Below are positions 11,332 to 21,900 of a stretch of DNA of 64,000 nucleotides, piece by piece. The notes beneath the pieces are model-generated. The model was not told the DNA's origin. It made no database searches and saw only the letters and a program-made list of their open reading frames with translations. Made by a program: the position numbers and the translations under genes. Position 1 is the first letter of the stretch, and every line of letters begins with the position of its first letter. Source of the stretch: Pelagomonas calceolata (taxonomy: Eukaryota); the NCBI GenBank assembly GCA_918797485.1, contig CAKKNE010000005.1, positions 3,534,001-3,598,000 on the forward strand, read 5' to 3'.

Positions 11332-11652
11332 CTGCAGCGCGGCAAGGCGAAAACTCTTCCAGACCTCTCCGAGAAGGCCTCCGTGCCGCCGGTAGAGCTC
11401 TGCCGCCATCTTTTTTTTTATTTCTGTGCGGAGGAGGCGACTGCGAAGGTAGGCCACACGGTTTGGAATTGAGCTCGTAGAAGCTCGCAAGCGCCAGCGA
11501 AGGTACGCACCACCGCCATTCACGCCGCATACGGGCAGCGAAGACGCACACGCGCACGCCGTCGCCGCAGAAAGCAATCACGCCTCGAGAGCCCTCGCGC
11601 TGTCGCCGCAGCGACCTCGAAACCCCACGCGCAGGGACAAGCACACGCCAAG

Positions 11653-12317
11653 ATGACGAACCAGATGGTGCGCGAAGTACAACACCGGCGTCGACGATCC
11701 ATGGAAGACGCGCCCCACCGGCCGCGCGCGCGCAGGCGTTCACCAAGGCCTTCGACCACAAGTGGATGGTCGCCGAGCCCGGCGGCTTGTTCGAAGGCCC
11801 GAGCGGCAAGCACTCGAGCCGCGTCGGCGAGCTCAAGATCGGTGCGTGCTCCGTGTCCCGTGGAACACTTGGGACCCGCCGTACCTCACGCCGCCTCCGT
11901 GACGCAGGCGACATTATCAAGGCCGACGCCGAGACCTTCGACCCCGACAACAAGATCATCTGGAGGCTGCACGCGGACACGCCTGTTGGAGAGAAGGGCA
12001 ACTGGATGTACGCGCCCGTGCGCGGTCCCAAGACCGCGGTCCCGCTCAATGAAGCTTTACTGAAGCGCGTCGAGGACGGCGTCAAGTTCTACAAGGTCAA
12101 CGGCAAGAAGGGTACCATCGTCCGCAAGGAGGCGGACATGAGCAGCGACAAGGTCCAGATCATCGAGTCGGGCACGGTCGTTAGTGTTGTAGAGACGACG
12201 GAGCTCGACAACGGCAAGGTCCGCTACGAGATCGACGAGCCTGTACAAGGTTGGGTCACGTCGACGCAGGTCGACCGCTGGTACAAGGAGCTGCCGCGGT
12301 CGGCGTTCGCGAAGTGA
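11653..12317 (+). CDS. Small protein with two SH3b-like beta modules; join(11653-11667, 11736-11841, 11908-12317)
   Basis: GTGCGC...CGCAG (68 nt) and GTGCGT...CGCAG (66 nt, in frame) introns. Spliced product: MTNQMAFTKAF...VGELKIGDII...GNWM...VRKEADMSS.KV..I..GT.V.V.E...RY.I..P..GW. Confidence 0.6.
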
Positions 12318-12432
12318 GGCGTCTCCCGCCCCCGCGTGTAACTAGTTCTTTCTCTGTCGGGGCGCGTCGACGGCGTATGTAGGGTTACTGTCCCCGAGGG
12401 TGTTGCGTGACCTGAAATATATATCCTGGCTT

Positions 12433-12455
12433 GCTAGTGTCTTACAGCCGCTAGC
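12433..12455 (+). promoter_or_regulatory. Double-CTAG intergenic motif
   Basis: GCTAGTGTCTTACAGCCGCTAGC upstream of a + gene. Confidence 0.6.
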
Positions 12456-12646
12456 TGTGCTCACCTGCAAATTCGCCGCAACGCCTCGCTCGGCTCGTTG
12501 TGAAGGCAGACGCCGCTGCAAGTGCGTCGCATATATACGTTGTTGACTGCTACGCGCCGCTAAGGTTGCCAAAGCAGCTGTCCGCGCTGCTGGACGGGTT
12601 GCACAAAAGAGCGTCTGACGTTTGGTGCGCCGCAAGCGCGGCAACG

Positions 12647-13852
12647 ATGGCCCGCTGGACCCTCGCCCTCCTCGCCGCGACGCACGCCTTCCAACCACAT
12701 GCACCGGTACAAAGGTTACGACCGTTACGAGTAGAGGTCTTCGACGAGGCGACTTTGCTCGTAGAGCAGGCCGTCGAATGGAGCCGAGACGAGCACCCGC
12801 TCGCCGAACCCTGCGTCTGCGAGACGGCGGAGCCGATCGTGACGTCGACCATCTTCTGGAGTGTGGTCAATGATGCCTGTCAGTTTCCTGCGAAAGAAGC
12901 TAATATCATCTTCGATAAGGATGATTTCCCGGTGGACGAGTGGTCCGACATGGTGTCGGGTCTGGGTATTGAAGGTTTAACTTGTGAGGTGGAGGACGAC
13001 GCTCCTTTACCTTGCGTGAAAGTGACGGTTGATTGGTCACCGGAAGATGCTGGGTTCGTGAGCGACGAGATGGCGGACGCTTCTGTAGAATCCCTGAAGA
13101 CCTGGGTGCAGGACGTCATCGTCGACTCGAAGGTCTGCCCCTTCACGCGTTCCGCCGAGGTCGCGGCGACAGGACTAGAAAACCAAGGCGTCGAGAAGGG
13201 CCCCATCATGTACCCCGTCTGCGGCGCCGTCGGGTCAGGTGGCGCTGCTTTAGTTAGAGTTCTGAGGGCCTTCTGGGGGTCTTCCATAGACATGCTCTCG
13301 CAGCCGCCCTCACAGGCTTCTACAGTACTTTTAAGTGTACCGGCGTATGCGGAACGGGACCACGACGCCTTCGTTGACATGACACAAGTCGTCGTGAAGA
13401 CCCTGAAGCACATCGGCGCGGAGCACCAACTCTCACTAGTATTTTTTCATCCCGATTATGAGAGAGAGGTGATAGAACCGGTGGACTCGTTCACGCACGG
13501 CCACCTGCCCCCCCAAAAGTGGCTGCGGGCCTACGTGCGGCTCACGGAGGGCGAGGAGGTCGCTACGGGGTTGAGCGAGGCTCAATTAAAACACGCCGAC
13601 TATCAAAGGAGGGCGCCCTTCACGATGATAAACATTTTACGCTCGGAGCAGGTCGAGGCCGCCGAGGCGGTCGTCCCCTGGGAGGTCATCGAGCCCGAGC
13701 CCGATAGGCGGGTGCGCGTGTCCGGCGCGCGCGTCTACGCGAAGAACATCTGGCGCTTCGCGACGGACGCGTCGGAGCGGACGGTGGACGGCTACAAGTA
13801 CCTCGTGACGGGGGGCAAGGCCGGGAAGGGGCCGGCGGTCGGGGTTTCGTAA
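12647..13852 (+). CDS. Plastid-targeted DUF1415-like protein
   Basis: MARWTLALLAATHA-F presequence; WV.DVIV...VCPF, FHPDY and RRAPFTMINILR motifs resemble DUF1415. Confidence 0.6.
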   Translation: MARWTLALLAATHAFQPHAPVQRLRPLRVEVFDEATLLVEQAVEWSRDEHPLAEPCVCETAEPIVTSTIFWSVVNDACQFPAKEANIIFDKDDFPVDEWSDMVSGLGIEGLTCEVEDDAPLPCVKVTVDWSPEDAGFVSDEMADASVESLKTWVQDVIVDSKVCPFTRSAEVAATGLENQGVEKGPIMYPVCGAVGSGGAALVRVLRAFWGSSIDMLSQPPSQASTVLLSVPAYAERDHDAFVDMTQVVVKTLKHIGAEHQLSLVFFHPDYEREVIEPVDSFTHGHLPPQKWLRAYVRLTEGEEVATGLSEAQLKHADYQRRAPFTMINILRSEQVEAAEAVVPWEVIEPEPDRRVRVSGARVYAKNIWRFATDASERTVDGYKYLVTGGKAGKGPAVGVS

Positions 13853-13968
13853 GATCTATACATAAACTTACCGCGCCGAATACGCCATCGACGTGGCGCG
13901 GCGATGGCGTGGGGGCGGACATCCACGAGAACCCATACGCCATCGACGCGACGCTCCGTCGCAGATGG

Positions 13969-14739
13969 CTATTGCTTCTGGTTAAACGCCTTCGTGTCGG
14001 CGACGCGCCACATGTAATACGACGCCAGACTTCTATAGGGCGCGTACGGCGCGAAGAGCGCCTCGAGCGTCGCCCGGTCCTTCTTTGCGTCGAGCGTCCC
14101 GTTCTTGCCGTGGCCGCTCACCCCAAAGAAGCGCTGCGCGCCGTTGCGGACTCCCAGGTCGCCGAGCGGCAGCACGTCGGGCCTCTTCAGGTCGAATATG
14201 AGGTACATGTCGCAGGACCACGGTCCGACGCCCTTGATGGCACAGAGCCTCTCGCGCAGTTCCTCGACGGGCGCGTCGCGCAGAAGCGCGTCCGACAGGT
14301 CCCCGGCCGCAAACGCTTGACACACGGCAACAATAGCTCGGGCCTTCGCGCGGCTCAGCCCGCAGCTGCTCCGCGTCGCCTCGTCGAAGCCGTCGTCGCC
14401 CTCGGCACGCGACAGGAGCTGCGCGCGGTCGAAGCCCCGCGGGCAGAGCTCGCCGAGGGTCCGCCGCCAGATCGACGCCGCCGCCGCGCCGGCGAGCTGC
14501 TGGCCGACCACGATCCTACACAGCGCGCCGCACGCCGAGTCCTCCGCGACCTGCTCTTCGAGATACGCGGGCGGGCCGTGCTCGTCGATGACTGCCTTGA
14601 GCCGGCCGCCGTCGGCCTTGGCCACGTGCGCGAGGCCGGCGGCGGCCCAGGCCGGCGTATGCGTCTTCTTGGGCGCCGGTGTTGTGGCAGCCCGGCGCTT
14701 TGCGACCTTGCTTGGCGTTGCTGGTGGGGCCCGCTTCAT
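13969..14739 (-). CDS. DNA-3-methyladenine glycosylase (AlkA/MAG, HhH-GPD)
   Basis: IVVGQQL, GLSRAKARAI, LCAIKGVGPWSCDMYLIF, DVLPLGDLGVR and PYRSLASYYMW motifs; the start may extend to 14787. Confidence 0.9.
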   Translation of the reverse strand: MKRAPPATPSKVAKRRAATTPAPKKTHTPAWAAAGLAHVAKADGGRLKAVIDEHGPPAYLEEQVAEDSACGALCRIVVGQQLAGAAAASIWRRTLGELCPRGFDRAQLLSRAEGDDGFDEATRSSCGLSRAKARAIVAVCQAFAAGDLSDALLRDAPVEELRERLCAIKGVGPWSCDMYLIFDLKRPDVLPLGDLGVRNGAQRFFGVSGHGKNGTLDAKKDRATLEALFAPYAPYRSLASYYMWRVADTKAFNQKQ

Positions 14740-14899
14740 GAATGCGGCAGCGGTGGTCAGGAGTGCGATGGTGCTGCGGAGTGCCGTGATTCCGCAGGGA
14801 TGTTTGGAAACGTCTCTTGGGCCTTGAACAGGCGTGTAAAGGCTTGCTCGGTAGTGGCTTTTACTCTGTTTTGTGATTTTTGCTCGGAGAGCATGAGCT

Positions 14900-14923
14900 G
14901 CTAGCGGCATGTAAGGCACTAGC
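14900..14923 (-). promoter_or_regulatory. Double-CTAG intergenic motif
   Basis: Reverse complement GCTAGTGCCTTACATGCCGCTAGC upstream of a - gene. Confidence 0.6.
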
Positions 14924-15093
14924 ATCGAAATTAGATGCTGCTTTGACGATGTCTAGCTAGAGACAACACGGCACGCTTCTTTGCTCGTGACTGGCTAGGA
15001 TACTAGTAGTATATGTGCGGAGGTCTGGGGATTTCGTTCGAGGGGCGGACGGGGCTTGGTGTCCAAATGGTCGGGGGAAAGGAAGGAGCAACC

Positions 15094-15881
15094 TCACTGG
15101 TCCGCCGCCAACTTCACGGACTCGTCGGGCACCTTGTCGATGACGTCGAGCGACTCGAGCGACCCGCCCTGCCACGACGGCTGTTCCTCCACCACTCTAA
15201 TTTCTTCCTTCCCATCCATCGCCTCGGCTTGGGGTGGCGCGCCGCCCGCGCGGTGGTACGGCCAGCGCGACTTGAGGCGCACGCAGACGCCGACGTGGGG
15301 GTGACACGCGAGGAAGCAGATCGCGCACGACCTGTGGGTGTACCGTTGACGGCGGCACAGACACGACCTCAGTGACCGATACGCGATTCGAACGCGTAAC
15401 CTTCAGGACTGGAATCTGACGCGCTACCGTTGCGCCAATCGGTCGAAGGCAAGTCGTACGAGGACGCCGCCGCGGTACATCGGGATCTCGGAGTCGCACG
15501 GGATCGCCACGTTCTCCACGATGCAGCAGCACTGGCCCTGGTGCTTGATGCACGTCGTCGGGCACTTGACGCCGATCGCGCAGCAACACAAGCCTATCTG
15601 GCAGCAGACCTCCTTGTCGACGAAGGACTCGCAACACGTGAGCGGCGGCATTCCGGCCTTGAAGCAGAAGCGCTGGACGCAGCAGAGGAGTTCGCCCTTG
15701 CACGACGCCCCAATGCACTCGGGGCAATCGGCGTACAAACTCAAATTGCAGCAGAGGCACCCGTTGATGAGGATGAGGTCCGACCTGCGCGGCGAGACGA
15801 TCGCGGCGACTCGGCGACGGCGGGCGCGCGAGTAATTATAGTTTTCTGCGCGGTTGTCGGCTCATCCACGACTTGGACCAT
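15094..15881 (-). CDS. Cys-rich small protein; intron 15332-15478 and a probable first intron ending at 15785
   Basis: Dense CC/CxC repeats; removal of the GTACC...CACAG intron gives EIPM|SCAICFLACHP. First-exon boundary uncertain. Confidence 0.6.
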
Positions 15882-16152
15882 GATTCAAGGCGGAATTGAT
15901 GGACGTCGCGCGCGCGGAGGAGGTAGTTCAAGCCTGCAAGAGCACTTGGAAAACGCGCTCTGCACGGCTCGGGCGCGGCTCGCCGCGCGGTTTTTCGCGA
16001 CCGCGCCGCCCCACAGACGTCCACCGCCACTGCGCTGTGGTTGTTGCGCGTAAGAGTCCACAGGCGCGCTCGCGCAGCCGCCCAATTTACTGGCTGTGAA
16101 AGTCCAGAGCAAAGGCAAAAAGCAAGGCAAACGAGCACTACTAGACTATGAA

Positions 16153-18495
16153 TTAAAAGAACGACAACCTCGGCGCCGACGCCTCCGCACCGAGCTCGGC
16201 GCGGACCGCGTCCACGAGCGCCGCGAGGCCCGCGGAACTCGCGACGACGGGCTCCTCGTCCGCGTCGTCGTCGTCCCAGTCGTCCCAGTCGTCGATGGGC
16301 TCGGCGGCGTGGGGCGACAGCGGCGTCACCGGCGTCTCCGGCGGCCCCAGCCCCAACGGAGACAGCGGCCGCGGGGCTTTCACGGGAGTCCGTGGTGGGG
16401 TTTGTTGCCCAGGGCACGCCGCTATCAACGAAGCGAGCGCCGCGCGCAGGTGCGTCGCGTCGATCGAACACACGGCGGCCGCGAGCGCACATAACGCCGC
16501 CAATCTAGCCGCGGCCTCGCCGTCACTTCGCCGCACGCGGCTCCAGGCCGGCGCCAGTTGCGCAATCATAGAAGAGGCGGCCCGGGCGACTGTATCCGCA
16601 CCGTTTCTCTCGCCGAGGGCCACCGCAAAGGTCTCCCTTTCTGCGGAGAACGCCGCCGCTCGGAAGACCGTCCCTAACATGGAGCAGGCGTGGTCCGTAA
16701 TACGACCCGTCGGCTGGAAGACACATAGTGCACCGCGTAGTAAGACACAGAGGGCCTCGGCGACGTGTTTTCTCGACGTGGGCCGTTCCCGGTCGCCCCG
16801 TTGGTTCCCTTCCAGCGCGAGTAACCAGTCCACAAGTGCAGGACCAACCGACTCCAGGGCCTGTGGATGTCTCAAACACGACACGAACTCGCATAACGCC
16901 GGCTCGGCTAATCTCCTCAATTCAGAAGGCGCCTTCGCTAGATGAAACCACTGTCTGCCGGGATCCCTCATTTCCACTTTAAAAAATGCCCCGAACCGCT
17001 CCTCCGCGATGGCGCCGTCGGGAATACACAACGCCAGCCCCCTCACAATAACCAGTCGCTCCTCGATGCGCAACTCCTCGGTCGCCGTCAAATTGTACGT
17101 CCCCCCCGGCGTCCTCGATGGAGACGCCTTGGGCTCGGCGCGCGCATCTTCTTCTGTAGCAGGATGCTGTTGAATTAATTGGACGCACTCCAGCAACACG
17201 GGTCGGAAGGCCTCGATGCGCTCCGACAGTTTCTCCGGGGCGGCAACAACCGCCCTAGAGACGGCCCTCTCCGACTGCTCGACGCTCTCCGAGTCGCCGC
17301 CGGCGCCCTCGTGCGACAGGCCCCACCTTCTGCCCCTCGGTGTTCTTTGAGCTTCCATCAGAGACTCATCAATATACCTCAGAAAAGAGCACGCGTGGTG
17401 TAGGAGTCGAGCCGCGACGGCGTCCGGCCCCTTTTTTAATAATGAAAGAGCAATAGAACCAGGTGTATGAGACACAAAAGCTATTTCTGCGCGAGCGGTA
17501 GAGTGCGCCAATTGTCGAGCCGCCCTTCGTACCTCGAACGGCTCGGCCTCATCGTCCGTTCGCACGGTCGTCCGGAGCCACCTCATCGAAATCTTGAGTA
17601 GGGACGCGCGGTAAGTCGCTCTGGACTCGTCGACGTCCGGGTAATTTGCCATGGCCCGCGACGCTTCATCGGACAGCACGCCGTCGAGGGTCATGAGCGA
17701 GCCTTCCGCTCGCCGCCAGTCCGCCAAGGACGCCTCGGAGATGCTCGCGACGACTCTCGAAGCCAACTCCAACCCTTTGGACGCCAGGCGCTGCAGCTGC
17801 TCGGCGGCGCCCTGCCGCACCGTCGACGCCGCATCTCCCAACAACGCTACCGTAGCGTCGATGTCGAAATCAGCAACATCATGGTTCTTGATCAGCACGT
17901 TGGCACCTTCCAGCAAGCCCGCCAGCGCGGCCGCCCGCCGTTCCCGATCAATACCCTTCTCCCGCAACCAAGCCTCCCGTTCCATGGAGATCGTCTCCAA
18001 CAACGACGCATCAGCCGATGCCATTACTCTAGCGGCGGCCTGGCGCACCGTCGGCTGCTCATGGCTTAAAGCTTTGCGGGCCACAATATGAGCTTCCCGC
18101 ACGATACTAACTGAACCCCGCGTCACGAGCTGCTCCAAGGCTCGACAAAGGCCGTCGTACCGCCGCCAGTCGTCGTTCTCGCCCAAAGCATCGAGCTGTT
18201 CCCCAAAATGCGCCGCGAGCCTCGCTCGGTCGGTTGATGCGAGGGGCACCTTGGCCACGCCGCGGGCGCAGGCTCGTCTCGCCTCGGACCAGACGTCTCC
18301 TAAACTAACGTCGGCGACGTGGATGCAGGCTGCGAGCGCTTTCGCACTGTCCGATGCATTTGTTTCGATGCTGTCCAGGGTGGCACAGAGCAATTCCAGG
18401 CGCTTGGCCGCGTCCGTTTCATTGGATGCGGCGCTGGCCCATTCTGCCGCCGCGACGGGTGCTACTCGTGCCTTCGTCGGGCTGAAGCACGCCAT
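16153..18495 (-). CDS. HEAT/ARM-repeat protein
   Basis: 780-aa helical ORF with HEAT-like motifs (WSEARRAC, DDWRRYDG, PTVRQAAA, STVRQGAA, FEVRRAA). Confidence 0.65.
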   Translation of the reverse strand: MACFSPTKARVAPVAAAEWASAASNETDAAKRLELLCATLDSIETNASDSAKALAACIHVADVSLGDVWSEARRACARGVAKVPLASTDRARLAAHFGEQLDALGENDDWRRYDGLCRALEQLVTRGSVSIVREAHIVARKALSHEQPTVRQAAARVMASADASLLETISMEREAWLREKGIDRERRAAALAGLLEGANVLIKNHDVADFDIDATVALLGDAASTVRQGAAEQLQRLASKGLELASRVVASISEASLADWRRAEGSLMTLDGVLSDEASRAMANYPDVDESRATYRASLLKISMRWLRTTVRTDDEAEPFEVRRAARQLAHSTARAEIAFVSHTPGSIALSLLKKGPDAVAARLLHHACSFLRYIDESLMEAQRTPRGRRWGLSHEGAGGDSESVEQSERAVSRAVVAAPEKLSERIEAFRPVLLECVQLIQQHPATEEDARAEPKASPSRTPGGTYNLTATEELRIEERLVIVRGLALCIPDGAIAEERFGAFFKVEMRDPGRQWFHLAKAPSELRRLAEPALCEFVSCLRHPQALESVGPALVDWLLALEGNQRGDRERPTSRKHVAEALCVLLRGALCVFQPTGRITDHACSMLGTVFRAAAFSAERETFAVALGERNGADTVARAASSMIAQLAPAWSRVRRSDGEAAARLAALCALAAAVCSIDATHLRAALASLIAACPGQQTPPRTPVKAPRPLSPLGLGPPETPVTPLSPHAAEPIDDWDDWDDDDADEEPVVASSAGLAALVDAVRAELGAEASAPRLSFF

Positions 18496-18634
18496 TTCTC
18501 CCTTGTGGGGGCAGCCTACAAAAGCGACTGCGAAATGGCAGGCGAGGCCGCGGGTTTTGAAATTCAGGACGTGTCTGCGGAGGCTTCAGGGTGCGGGCGA
18601 CTCTCAGGGATCGGTGATTCAAACCTGGCCTAAA

Positions 18635-18657
18635 ACTAGCGGCTGTAAGACACTAGC
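18635..18657 (-). promoter_or_regulatory. Double-CTAG intergenic motif
   Basis: Reverse complement GCTAGTGTCTTACAGCCGCTAGT between divergent starts. Confidence 0.6.
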
Positions 18658-18940
18658 AAGCCGGCCAGAGAGGCCAATCTCCCGCGCGCCGCAGCAAAGG
18701 ACCGCCACAGACCTCATAGCTCGCCTGGAGCGCTGTGGAGTCGCATCACTCGCTCGTGTGAGCCAGCAGCGCCAAAAGAGCGCCGCGCGCAGCACCTAGA
18801 CGGCCGCGCGCCCAGCCGGCGGGAACAGCCTGCCGCGCGCGCAAGCCACGGGACCAAGCCAGCGGTCCCGCCAGCTGCCGCGCAACACCGCCGCGTCGCA
18901 CTGACAGCGCCGCCAGCGCCGCGCCGCGCCGCAAATTCAA

Positions 18941-21900
18941 ATGGCGACGCTCTCCATAAAGACGATCAAGATCAGCGGCTTCCGGTCCTTCCGCCAGCAG
19001 GATTGCATCGAGCCCTTCGCGAGTGGCCACAACGCCCTGGTCGGAAGGAACGGCGCGGGCAAGTCCAATTTCTTCGACGCGGTCCAGTTTTGTCTGTTAG
19101 CCCCTAGATTCTACAACCTGAGGCAGGAAGAGCGTCAACGACTACTACATGAGGGTTCAGGAGCCACGGCGACGTCGGCCTACGTCGAGATCACCTTCGA
19201 CAACTCGTCCGGTAGGGTCCCGATCGAGGGCGACGACGTGACGCTCAGGAGAGCCATCGGCGCGAAGAAGGATGAATTTTTTGTCCAGCGGCGACGCGTC
19301 ACGAAGCGAGAAGTGGAAGGGCTGCTCGAGAACGCCGGATTTAGTAGGGCGAACCCCTACTACATCGTGCAGCAGGGTAAAGTGTCAGCTTTGTGCGTCG
19401 CGCGGGACGAAGATAGGTTAGCTCTGCTGAAGGAGGTGGGCGGTGCGGGCGTCTACGAGACGAAGCGGGCCGAAGCGGCGAAGACGCTCGACGAAACGAG
19501 TGCGAAGCGGGAGTCGATCAAAGGTGTTCTCCAGGCCATCGACTCGAGGTTACAAGAGCTCGAGGGCGAAAAAGAGGAACTGCAGCGCTACGAGCGGCTC
19601 GATCGAGAACATAGGGCGTTGCAGTACGCGTTGCATGACGGCGAGCTCCAACGAGCTCGTACGGCCCTGGAAGCGCTTGATGGAGAGAGAGACCAGCACG
19701 CGGACCGGGCCGATGATGCCCACGCGGACCTGGCCGAGGCCGATCGAATCGTCGATAGTGCGCAGAAGGCCCAGGACCGAGCTCTAGCGGATGCGGAGTC
19801 GAAAGAGTCAGATGCGGCACGAGCGCGAGATCAACTGTCAATATCTTTAGCAAGAAAGGCCGAGGCCCAGGCGCGGCGAGACGGTCTGCAAGCGCGCGTT
19901 TCTAGGGATGCGACGTGGAAGGATAGAGCTGTCAGAGCCCTTTCACAGGCTACGGAGGCGTGCACCGAGTCGCGACGCGAGATGAGTGACAAGGAGACCC
20001 AACGTAGAAAGTTGAAAGATAAAGATTTGGAGGCCGTTCATGCGCTGCAGCGGGCGGAGGCGCGCCACCGGGAGCTCGAAAGGGGCGAGACCTTCTCTTC
20101 CAAACGAGAACGCGATAACGCGTTGGGGCCTCGCTTGGAGGAGTTGCGCGAGGCCCAGTCGCGGGCGGACGCTACTGCATTGAGAGCTCAAGAGACGTTG
20201 AGGGAGGCGTCTTCTCGTTTATCTAAACTCAAGGAGGACGTCGCAACGACCCATAGGAAAGCATCACAAAGTCAACAGGCCGCAGAAAAGGCGGCCCAGC
20301 AGCGCGACGCCAAGGCGGAGGACGTGCCGTCCCTCGAACGAGCCGCCGCCGAATCCAAGAGAGAAGCCATGCGCTTCCGGACGAAGGAGCAGGAGTGTGA
20401 GCGAGAGGTGAAGGACGCCCAACTCGAGTTGACGAGTTTGGCACCTAGAGCCGTGCAGCGAGGCCTGCGAGCGCTGGACGAGTTGCTTGCCAACGACTTG
20501 AAACACCTCAAGGCGAAGGTGCGAGGGCCGTTGGTGGAACACATTCGTCTCGCGGCGCCGAAGTACCTCGAAGCTGTTGAGAGTGCGGCCGGTCCTCGCT
20601 TGTGGCAGGTCGTTGTAGATGACGACGCGACGGCGGCGGAGCTCGTGCGAGCTTTGGAGCAGGACTCTACCAGAGGCAGACTGACTTTTATGCCCCTCAA
20701 CCGGTTGAGGGTGCCTTCGCCAGTCCAGGTGCCCGACGACGCGCTCGGGGACGTCGTATCGTTAAGACAGTCGGCCTTCGACACGTCAAGAACGTCAAGC
20801 GTGGATCCCGCCCTCGACTTGGTCTTTGGAAGACACTTATTAGCTAGAGATCTAGACTGCGCCGCGCGGCGGTCTCGGCAGTTAGACGCCGATGCGGTCA
20901 CGCTTGAGGGCGACGAGGCGTTTCGCAAAGGAGCTATCAGAGGTGGTGGTCGCGATCGGGCTTCGGCACTCCGAGCTTGTTTGTTGAGGAAGCGGGCGCA
21001 GTCTCAACTCCAACAGGCTTCACAGGAGCGGGAACAGGCCCAAAAACGCTTCGATGCTGCTCAGAAGGCCGCGTCGACCGCGATCAAGAGCAGGGACGAC
21101 GCCGAGCGGGCGCGGGCGCATCATGTCGCGGCGTCGCAAGCGCTGATCCGCGACCACGACGCTTTGCATTCCAGATGCGTCGAGCTCGAGTCGAAAGTGG
21201 CGAGAGACCTGCCCGATCGCTCTGCCAACGCTTTAGCTGCCGCCAGTGCTCTCAAAGAGGACGCCGACGCCGTGGAAGCTAGATTGAAGGCGCCGTTCAA
21301 GGCGTCGCGGACGCTAGATGCGGATCGACGCGAGTTAGACGAGCTGAAGGTAGGTGGTTCTCGCAGAGTCGCGCTCGAGAATGCGAGGAATGAATCGTCA
21401 CAAGCGCTGCAAGCTGTGGACGAGTCGCTCCGAGAGCTGCGAGCCACCTTCGAAAATAAATTAAGGAAGCGGCGCGACGCTCTCAGAAGCGCTCTGGGAC
21501 TCGTCGCGTTGGTCGGGGACCAAGATTCGGCGGAGGGCGACCCTATCGTCGAAGATGCGATGGATACTGATGAGGATTTTACCGATGTCGAGCCGGTCAG
21601 TGCGCACGAGGCCTCCGAGCGACGGGCCGAATTGGCCAAGGCGGCGTCTTCACTCTCAGCGTGTGTGTCGGCGTACGACGCCGACGCTGCGCTCGTCAAG
21701 GATGCTGAACAAGATGCGTCGGACGCGCGTTCCAGAGCCCACGGCGACGCCTTCCAGCGCTTAGAAACGGCGCTCCAGCGCCAATCGGTCGCGAGGAACG
21801 CTTTAGCGGAAGTTACTAAATCAGGAGACGCCTTACACGCCAAAAGGGCGCGTTTGGTGGATCGCTCGGAAGCTGCTGTTCGCAAGCTCCAACAGGTAGG

